NCBI GenBank assembly: GCA_009602735.1
Contig: WELA01001056.1
Span: 1 to 64,000, forward strand
Length of the DNA: 64,000 nt
Source of the DNA: Mesotaenium endlicherianum
Lineage: Eukaryota
Direction: 5' to 3'
Shown here: one piece after another, positions 21,061 through 30,500 of the stretch
How the letters are laid out: every line of letters starts with the position of its first letter
How positions within the stretch are numbered: position 1 is the stretch's first letter
Notes under the pieces: generated by a model
What the model was told of the DNA's origin: nothing
Database searches by the model: none
The model's input: the letters and a program-made list of their open reading frames with translations, nothing else
Program-made: the position numbers and the translations under genes

Positions 21061-22799
21061 AAGGATCTTCCATCCTGACAATGCCTTGCGGCAACGGCTC
21101 CACTCCAGGCATCAGATTTGCAGAGGAGGTAACTTGGTAGGGTACTGGCAGCAGCTCTTGCGGGCCGTGGTCCCTATTACTTACAGTTTCCAGCTGCTTC
21201 ATGATCCGGGATTGCCATACCAAGGGTGTCGGCATGTTGATGCTTGTATAGCCTTCCTCTTCTTTCTTCATGAGGTCATCGCTGGCTTCTGGGTACCTGT
21301 CGTTAACGTAGCAGTCTAGCAGTCCGTAGTCTGCTTCTCCTATGCAAACCATTTTCACAAGAATTTCTCCTGCCGGCTGTCTATCTGTTGACTGGTAAGT
21401 CACTCTCTGTTTCCGCAGATCAATGATCATACCCAAGGGAATCAGTGCTTCTGTTCCCAAGAGAACATCATAGTTCTCAGCTTCCGTCACTGTGCACTCC
21501 ATGAATAGTGACGCCTCTTCAGGTTTCCCTAAAGTTAATGTGATTTTCACAGGCTTGCGGGTAATCCCACAAGACTTTGAGACTTATCCTGAGGCAGTTC
21601 TCAATTGAAAAGAACTCTCTTTCGAGTCCCTTGTCGTCAAACCTAGAACTTTCACAGCTAGTTTTCCCAAAATGACTGGCTGTGCGCCTGTATCCAACAG
21701 ATGGTTGGGAGCTGCCCAGTTGTTGAAGATCAATGCACCATCCTTATTTTGCACTCTCACGGTGCTAAAATTGGTGGGCAATGAGGCGCTATTTGCACCT
21801 TCCTCAGCTATATCCAGCTGATGTCCGGCCTCTTCAACCGTGAATGGGTAGGTGATGTGCAAATCAGCGAGAGAAAGCAAAGGAGCATGCTGGATCCGGT
21901 GTTCCACCAGAGCCTTCAGCTTCTCCAGTGAAAAACTGAATGTCTTGCACAACCCGGGCCTGGTTTGTCGTGGCTGCGAGATCTTGTTTTCATCCAGAGT
22001 GATCCGGAAAGTCTGAGGAAGCTTCCTAGCATTCCTTGGCACCAGACGGTTGTGATCTGCTTGCTCGGCAGCCGTTGCATCCACAGCCTTTTCAGGCAGC
22101 CGCTTCTCGCCTTTGCAGAAGGTCTTTTCTGCAATGTCTGCATCATAATAGACATTGGGCGCATTTAGTTTTGCAAACTGTGCTTTCAACTCAGCAATTT
22201 CTGCAATCATAGCTTCATACTTCTGGTTACCCTTGCGGTTACCAGAGCCACCCTTTTCTTTCTTTTTCTCTTTGTCTGCCTCTTTCGTGGCAGCATTTGC
22301 CTAGGGCGGCTTTAGATTTGGATTCTTAGACCAGCACTTCGAAAGTGAGACCATTTCCGCTGGTTCGTCTGCTAAAACATTTTGCAGACAGCTTGAACTT
22401 AGGATTTTCATCCCGATCATCACCGGCCATTTCGAACGGTGAACAGGACTCACTGACTCTTCCCCACACGTCTTGCTCTCTGCCCAAATTAGGTGTAAAG
22501 GCTCGTGTGTTATCTGGGTTCTCACCGCTTGCGGAGTTATAATGAGATTCGTCTCTCGACGTTTGCTCACTCCACCGGTTGTCAGTATGCTCAGACGTCT
22601 CAGTTTCTTGTTGACTCTGGCTAGAATTAGAACCTTCTGCAGGCTCCACAGAGTGGTAGAGTCTTCCAATCCTCAACCGCATATCCAGTTGAATTTCTCC
22701 GAGTCCCCTTCCAGGTTGAACACAAGCAGCCTTCACAGGCCTCAATCCCCAACTGACTTGGGAATTCTTGTTCACCTGAACCAATCAACCGAAGTTCTC

Positions 22800-24459
22800 A
22801 GAAGTAGGACAGAAGCGTCTTACTTCCACGCACGCTTTCGCCCAAGTTGAGGGTTTACAGAATTAACAAGTTGGTAGTCTGCAGAAATCACGTCTAAGCA
22901 GCTTAACAGGCAATGTCAAGTTCAGATAAAATCGCCTTTCAAGGCTTTCGCTTAACTTCCACGAGTCACAGCTTACAAAACTCTGAACTGCACATCTATG
23001 CTGGCCTGGTCTGAAATCTTCGCTCAACACCGCGCCTTAACAGCTCTTCACTGCTTGGCTGGGCTCACTCAGTTCTTCGCTGAGAGCTTTTGCTTGTTAA
23101 TACTACTCTTGCTATCAGCAATTCGACAATTGAGAATTCTGAGAACTTGGAAACTAACACAGCACTCACCATTTTAAGTGACCCTCGCACGCTGGTGGCG
23201 TTTGACCCTAGTCTGTGCTAATCTCCAAACAGATTCTATTTTGCAGCTCTCTTTCTACCAGAGAGATCCTCTCTTGGGAACTCCTGAGGTCCAACCTTTC
23301 TATGATACACTTTAGGACAAAATCTTCCAGCGTCGGCAGAAGCGTGGCGCCCTGGCTCTTCTATGGCCTTGGGAACTCCTTCTTCTTCGCGCTCCTTCTG
23401 CTTCTTTAGCTTCCTTCGACAACGATGCGGGCAAGAATGAGGCGGCTTCAGGCAAGACTCGTGCCTTTCACAGGCACCACACATTATCCTCTCTCGAGAA
23501 TGCCAGTGCTTAGCCACCACGCTTAGCTTGCATGCCGTCCTTACCCGGCAGTTCTCTCACAGCTTAGAAGTTGTCATTCAGCATGCATGCATGCATGCAT
23601 TGGAATTGTTGCACGTGACCACTTAGCCTTCCAGCTGACAATCACGCCTATGTGGCTGGCTGACAGCGTTTAGGATGAACGCTCAGGCCGTGACCAGTCA
23701 CCTGAGGGCCTAGCCGAGGCGGCACACAACGCCCTTTGCAACATCCCTGCTGTACTTGGCTTGGATAGCCGATTGATCGGTACCTTTCTTCGCACTTGCT
23801 AGTCTGGCTCATTGCTGGTTCCATGTCCCTAGCCTTTCGGCTGACCACTCGGTCCACATCGCCATCCCCCTCCTGGGTGTGGGTGTGACGTGTCGTGACC
23901 ACTTTGACAGTGACAACGACTTCAACATGACCGCTGACTCGGTCCTCTGGTCGGTGAGTCAATGCTGACTTCCCGTACCTGGGCGGCCGTGACTTGCGCT
24001 GCGCGTTCGGCACCGTCAAGTGGATAGCAGTCGCAACAGTGCATATGTTGATGTTAGCAGCGTTGTGTGATTTGCATGACTCTCTAAGGTGATGATAGCC
24101 GTGGCCCTAAGCTTGTCAATGGAATTGAGCGGCGAAATTGATTTTTTGTGACTTAGTGTCGTGCCTAACAGTGTCGGTCCCTTGGCACGTGCGTAGCCTT
24201 CCAGCACGTGTGCCTTCGGCCTGGTTGATGTGTCGGTGGCCCTCCTCATGTGTGGCAGACATGGTCGATCGACCTTTGCACGTGTGTCGGTGACAAGCCT
24301 TACCAGGGTTAACCCATCCCTGGGTTCCTGAACTTGCACCATGCAGCCTTGACCAACACTCAGGGTGACGTTCTCTGTCACCCGGCTCTCACCATCTGCT
24401 TATCCTAAGACTTTAGCAGAAAATTTAAAAATACTTGCCTTGCCTTAATTCCTCTTACA
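22800..24459 (-). repeat. Family B leader / putative LTR between B2 and B1
   Basis: On the minus strand it begins TGTAAGAGG directly after a PPT. 22800-24038 is homologous to 33500-34775. The inner LTR end and the PBS were not identified. Confidence 0.6.
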
Positions 24460-24470
24460 CCCCTCCCTTT
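24460..24470 (-). promoter_or_regulatory. Polypurine tract of B2
   Basis: AAAGGGAGGGG on the minus strand, ~35 nt after the polyprotein stop and followed directly by TGT. Confidence 0.8.
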
Positions 24471-24506
24471 CAGCTGAGGCGTCCCTGCCTTTCCTGCTGA
24501 AAGCTA

Positions 24507-27500
24507 TTATGTTCCAGCCCTGCGGCTTGGGGTTTTAGGAAGGCAATCAGGACATTCCCATCGTCCTGCCATAGTTTCTTCCTCGCCAATGCAGAAAGTG
24601 TGCCAACGGGCACCACACTTATCGCAAGTTACCATTGCCTCCTGATCGTCCAGCACTTTGCAGCTGGCACAAGGCGTGGCCGGCACCAATTCCTCGGGCA
24701 CAACCCTAACTTTGGGATCAATATTCGGCAGATGGCATAGCGAGCAATTCTGCACGTGGTCTCTCATGGTTTTACCATCAGAACCTTCCAGTTATAACAC
24801 ACCATTGTCAAACGCATGTTTCACGCGCAAGATCACTGCACCTGAACTGGTGTCGATGGTGGTCTTGGTCTGGCGCTTGCGGTAGACAAAGTCTCCTTCT
24901 TGAATCCGCGTCATCTGCAGGCGGTAGCTCCTGTCTCGCGTCCTGGCGTAACGTTGCGTATCTCTTTTCTGTGCAATTTTCAGATTGTCTAGTGCAGCCG
25001 GTATCATGCGCTCAAATAGCGCCTTACGGCGCACCATCACTTTTAACAGTTCATCAGGGCTGTCCAGGTCTTTCACCTGTTCAATCTCCTGCTTGATGCT
25101 GCTGGGCACTACTGGACTTCTGCCAAACAGTATCTGATATGGCGAGTAATTTGCCAAGGCACCCTGCTTGCTAAATCTGTAACCCATAACCAGCCATGGC
25201 AGGGCTAGATCCCAGTCACGCTTGTCATGCTCAAGGCAAAACTTGCGCAAAGCAGACTTAGTGGTTTGCACCATCCTTTCTGCCAGACCATCTGCTTGCG
25301 GATGATCTCTAGACGTAGTGCGATGATCGATGAAGCATCTGTCCAAGAGTTTCTAAAAAGACCCTTGGAACTCAGACTGTTGGTCTGTCAGCACTTCTGC
25401 TGGAGCTCCATGACGCACAATCACACCATTGAGGAATGCTTCCGCGGTCCCTAGGCTCTCCTTAGCAGTCAGAGGGACAACCTCTATCCACTTAGAGAAA
25501 TGCTCAATTATGACCATGATATACTTGTTACCTCGCTTAGATAGCGGTAGCTCACCTGCGAGATCGCAGCTCCAACGGTAACCTAGGCCCATGATTGGCA
25601 AAGGTTGCAAGTGTGGATGTTGCTGCGTAAAACCAGCCTTGACACGATCACAGCTTTGGCAAGCCTTGACCACATCTTCACACTGCTGCTTCATGCCCCT
25701 CCACCAGTAAGACAGCTCCAAAAGACTATATGTCTTCTTGACACCATAGTGTCCAGTGTTCTCGTGCATTTCTTGCACAAGGGCTCGTCTCCTGATGGAA
25801 TCTGGCACTAACTTCTCCTGACCAGTTTCTTCAATTTTGAAGAGGTTGTTGCATTTCCAGCAAAACCTCTTAGCTCGATGGTTTACCTGGTTTTTCTCCT
25901 TCACTAATAGTCCTTCCAAGTGAGTTCCCGTCTTCAGCCAGTGCATAGTAGCTTGATCTTTCCAGATCTCTGTACTGAACAGGGGTAGAGGCTCAGCTTC
26001 ACCTGATGCCACTATTCCAGCCATTTCGGCTAGGCAAGCCACCAACTCTGCTGGGCTGCTTGGGTCTTCGTCCTCTCGAGCTCCTGTTCTGTCGTCTGAA
26101 GATGGGTCTGGAATCCTGCTGAGTCCATCGGCGTCGTTGTTGAGCACTCCTGCTCTGTGCACTACCGTCACTTGGTACTCTTGCAGCTTAAGAGCCCAGC
26201 GAGCCAACTTACCAGTGAGGTCTCCATTCTTCATCAGCCATAGTAATGGTGAGTGATCCGTGATCAGTGTGAAGGGTCTTCCCCACAAATACTCTCTGAA
26301 GTGTGTGACAGCCCAAACCACTGCCAACAGCTCTCCTTCGTAGGACGAGTAGTTGCTCTCCGCTCGATTGTTAGAGCGTGAGGCATAGGCAATGACATAC
26401 TCCTCTCTAGGGCTTGCGGCCTGAGTGAGCACTGCGCCAAATCCCACACGACTCCAGTCAGTGTGCAGATTGAACGGCTTGGAGTAGTCAGCCGTTCGCA
26501 AGACTGGGGCTGTTACCAGCCGCTCCTTAAGCTCGTTCATGGCTTTCTCCTGAGCTTCTGTCCACACAAAAGGTACATCCTTTTTCAGGAGTTCCGTCAA
26601 GGGTTTAGCAATTCTGCTATAATCCTTCACAAACTTACGATAGTATCCGCTTAGCCCTAACAGAACTTTCAGCTTAGACACATTCGCAGGTGCAGGTATC
26701 TTGTAAATAGCCTCAGTCTTCACAGCCTGAGGGGACATAGCATTGTTCCCAATCTCATGTCCTAGGTAAGGCACGTGTGCCTCAAAGAATCTGCACTTCC
26801 CTAGATGCAGCTTCATTTGGAATTTCTCCAAGCGCTGGAACACTTGTCCCAAGTGCTCGAGGTGCTCCTCTATGGACTTGCTGAATACTACCACATCGTC
26901 TATGTATGGTTTAGCGAAATCCAGCCCCTCCAGCACTTTATCCATAGTCCTCTGAAATATGGCTGGGGCATTTTTCAGCCCAAATGGCATTATTGTCCAT
27001 TGCCAAAGTTCCCTTTGAGCCCAGAAAGCAGTCTTACCTCGATCTTCTGCTTTCACAGGGATCTGGTTGAAGCCTTGGCGCAGATCGATAATGCTGAACA
27101 CCTTTCCGGTGGTGGCAATTACAAAGATCCTTTCCGGCGTAGGCATCACATAGCTATCCGGCTCCGTGTAGAGATTCAGTCGCCTGTAATCTCCACACAT
27201 ACGAGTGGCAGTGTAATTGCCGGCCTCGTCCTTTTTAGCGACTACTACTGTAGGAGCCCCATGTACTGAGGTAGATTTTTCAATCATGCGGAGCTTATGC
27301 AGCTCTTCACAGGTTTTCTCCACACAGTCCCATTTTGTCTGACTGAGCTTATGCGGCCCTAGTCTGACTGGGTTATCAGTAGTTAGTGTGATCTCACACA
27401 CACTGGCAGTGGTTCTACCAATCTCCTCCTTAGTGAAAGCAAATACCTTGCGGTGTTTCTTCAGCAACCTTTCTACTTGTGCTCTCTGCTGGGCTGAGAC

Positions 27501-27565
27501 CATTTTCCCAATGCAAAAGTCTCAGTTTCAGGTTGCTTCTCCCCAACAAAGGCATCCAGTAGTTG
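24507..27565 (-). pseudogene. pol: B2 ORF2: RT-RNase H-integrase-PHD finger
   Basis: ORFs 25353-27503, 24792-25346 and 24507-24767 share one frame. Motifs: PYIDDVVVF, LHTDWS, HENTGH...CQSC, WSCD/LTDQ/GLAERM, then CASC...CDKC...HTFC...CPDC. Confidence 0.93.
24543..24671 (-). other. PHD finger (Cys4-His-Cys3) at the integrase C-terminus
   Basis: CASCKVLDDQEAMVTCDKCGARWHTFCIGEEETMAGRWECPDC, including the Trp before the last Cys pair. The B1 copy (~15533-15661) has one Cys replaced by Ser. Confidence 0.92.
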
Positions 27566-27568
27566 CTA
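27560..27568 (-). other. Putative stop-codon readthrough signal UAG-CAA-CUA (B2)
   Basis: ...PAPKE TAG CAA CTA CTG GAT GCC, the same context as B1 17919-17927. Confidence 0.75.
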
Positions 27569-30500
27569 CTCCTTAGGTGCAGGTGGGGGCTTCCCGCCCT
27601 CATCCTGGCCCTCAGGCTTTCTTGCCTGATTCTGGCTCTCAGGCTTTGCAACTTTATTCTTAGGAAGTGGGGTAACAGGCTTTGCAGCTTGCTCCTCCGT
27701 TGCCATAAGTTTGGCAGCCTGTTTCTTAGGCTTTTTACCTTTCTCAATGACGCGTCGCCTCTCCTGCGGTGAGGGGTATGTCAGACGCCTCCGGATGGGC
27801 TGCCTTAGGAACATTTCCTCGTCGACTGCAGTCCAACTGGTCCCGGTTCCTCCTTCTTCACGTGGCCAAGGTTGGTTTGCCATTGGAAAACCTGCGGGAT
27901 CTAACCTAGGGCTGATCGCCCAGCCCCATTCTGGCTCAATAATAGCCATGCGGGCGACGGTCGTGCCATACTCCTCCCTTGCGGGTGGTGTGACCATCCA
28001 TGCCTGCGCTAATGTTTGCGGCCTTTGAGGTGCTGCTAGTCGTGCGAGAAAGGCATCATCTGCTACGGTCAAGCGGCTGATGGTGTTTCTCAGATCCATC
28101 AGTTCCCATCCTGGGATTGCAGGTATCATGGGAGCAGGCTCTTCCGAACTCTGTATCCTAAGATCTGATAGTTGCAACAAGGGCGTGTTCATGCCTGGCG
28201 GCACACTAATGCCCAATGCCATTGCCCTGCGAACCAAACCGTCCTCTCCCTCTCTCTGCAGAATATCCCGCAGAGGCGGAGGAGGTGGAGCTGTGGTTCC
28301 TCGCGGAACGCCCTCTCTCTGAGCCTTCCTTTTATGTTTGAAATATCGCTTTAGCATCCTTCTAAAGATGCGTTACCCTCACGGGCCACCTTCCTTGGTC
28401 TGCTTGCGCAACTTTTGGGCTTTCCTCGTGCTGTCTCCACTTTAGCAGTGCAGGCAGTCACCTCCTGCTGGTGCGGCTATTGTGCGGCTGACTTGGGTTC
28501 TGCCACTGGAAGACTGGCAGAAGGAGAACTGGATGTTGGCGACCTTAATTCTTCATAAAGGTCTGCTGGGCTTGGCCCCATCAGGTGGTCAACCACCCAG
28601 TCGTCTGTCCTCAGCTCCTGTAAGTCAAGCAAATCCAACTCTGGCGTGGGAAAACGTGGAATTTCTTCCCTAATGTCCCCTTCATTGTTGAGTGATGGCA
28701 ACTCCAACTCCGAGAGGCCTTGCATCTCTGCATCCTCTTCCTCCTCCGGCTTCTCTGTTCCAGGAGGCGGCAGTTCTTCATCCCCTCCTGTGTTGAGCCT
28801 CGCCATGTTGATGATGGCTGACTGTAGAGCGAGAGCTGCTTTCGCCACTTTCCCTTCCTTGAGTCGAGGGGCGTCTGCTTCCAGCAACTGCGCCATGATT
28901 TGCCTGGTGATCGACTCAGCTGTGCTGCCAACTGTGTCTTGTGGTTGCCCTTTGGCCTCTGGGCCTGGGCCCATCAGAGCAAGTGTGGCGGGCAATCTCT
29001 TGGCCGTCTCCTTCTTGCGTTCTTCAAAAATCACCTCCAGGCAAATGGTCTTTCCAGACCCTCCAGAATTTCCTGAATTCTGACTGCATTTTTCGGCCCA
29101 TTTGCCAATATTGCACTGGCGTTCTTCATTTCTTGATGTTACCGCGTCTGGGGATGGGCTCCCGAAGACCTGGTCTGGAGCCATGTTTCGTAACTCAGAA
29201 CTGGTATATTCCTCCCATTCCGGCATCCTCCCAAATACTTGGCCGGAGCGTTTTGCAGATGCTGGGACCTCCTGTGATTTGCTCACTGCAGCGCTCACCA
29301 AAGGGTTTGCTGCACCAGTTGCCTGGTCTTCCATGGTTGCGTCTTCTCGCAGCCTCCGCAACTCTCTTTCCAGAGGGTCGCGTAGAGTCACCATTCGATT
29401 GTCAATTTGCGTCAGTAGGTCTAGAAACCTGGTCAGATCCACCACTCTGGTTTCTCTGAGTGTTTCATCTTTGTCAGCCTCAGCTGCGTCTCTTTCAACA
29501 CCATATTCTTTTTGTCGCTGATACGCTTCCCTGATAGCTCTCTGATCAGAGGTTGGCACCACATAGAGTCCAATCGTTACCGGCCTCGGCCTGGGCATAG
29601 GCTTGTCAGAGAACGTCATCTGTTGCCAAGTCATAATCGTCTCTACCAACCATGTCATGGAGTGATGTCCAATCATATTGCCGAATATCTTCCCAGCGTT
29701 GTCCTGTCCCACCATTGCAACAATTTCTTGTGCAATGGAGTTGGGTACCCCCAGGCACCTTTCCTTCTCTTCAGCTGTCGGCTCTCTCCACTGAGCCTCT
29801 CTGTCGTGCACATCTTTGACCATTCCCTGGTCCTCCATTCACGAAAGCGCGTGATCCTGGGTATGCTGTGAAGGTGGGCAGCACCACCCTCGGCCGGCCT
29901 GGCTCGTTGACGACGTACTGTGGGTAGGAATCCCTCCTGATCACTGGCTTGGTTTCCACCATCAGTGCTTCTCCCACAGATACTGCCGTTGGCGTGCGCC
30001 GCGTAATCTCCTCCATCTCCCTCAGGATTTCAATAGACATGCCGTTGGTCCAGAATTGTCTGGCCCGGTGTGAGAGTCCTCTATGCCTGGCGTTGTTGAT
30101 CAATACATGATGACCCAGGGTGGAGTCAAAAACCAGCCATGGATCTCCTGGCTTCATCTGGCTGTAATCCATCCCTGGATGTACATTCTCAATCACAAAC
30201 ACTGGTGGGTAGCGATGCTGGCGTTCTCGCAGCATACTGATGATCTTCACCATCCTTCCCCAGTGTTGTGCTCGCGGGTCATTGAATCCCCTCCCATTCC
30301 CAGCTTGTGAGAAAGGTTGACAAGGGAATCCCGCAAATATCCAGTCAATCCTGTGATCATACAGGTCCTCAGACTTCACATTGAGAATGTTTCCTCCACC
30401 AAGACGCACCACACTAGTAGGCACCAATGCCTTGAAATGGTACATTTGCCGCATCTGACTCATGACCTCCTCAAATGCTGTAAGAACACTCTCATCATTG

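Larger units (their letters stand above)
15465..22682 (-). pseudogene. Decayed B1 polyprotein: Gag (deleted)-protease-C5 MTase-linker / RT-RNase H-integrase-PHD
   Basis: Start MRLRIGRL at 22682; LLDTGAQPV protease; LELFAGLG, GFPCQPYS, VIENV; RMCGDYRRLN; LHTDWS RNase H; HETTGH...CTSC integrase zinc finger; C-terminal PHD-like Cys/His pattern. Many stops and frameshifts, and three large deletions. Confidence 0.92.
15465..24038 (-). mobile_element. Family B copy B1: Ty3/Gypsy element carrying a cytosine methyltransferase and a PHD finger, internally deleted
   Basis: Colinear with B2 (24471-34775). The 3' end is cut by the A3 LTR a few bases before the PPT position. The right boundary is approximate (end of homology with the B2 leader). 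Confidence 0.9.

Noticed and set aside
23458..23482. TGGTGCCTGTGAAAGG on the minus strand as the family B PBS (also at ~34204-34224)
   Set aside because: It is conserved and starts with TGG, but no LTR-terminal CA lies within 0-3 nt upstream in either copy, and I cannot assign a tRNA.
23236..23520. Small minus-strand ORF with CGACERH.SCL shared with 34028-34234
   Set aside because: The frames diverge immediately afterwards. The similarity is explained by DNA homology of the leader.
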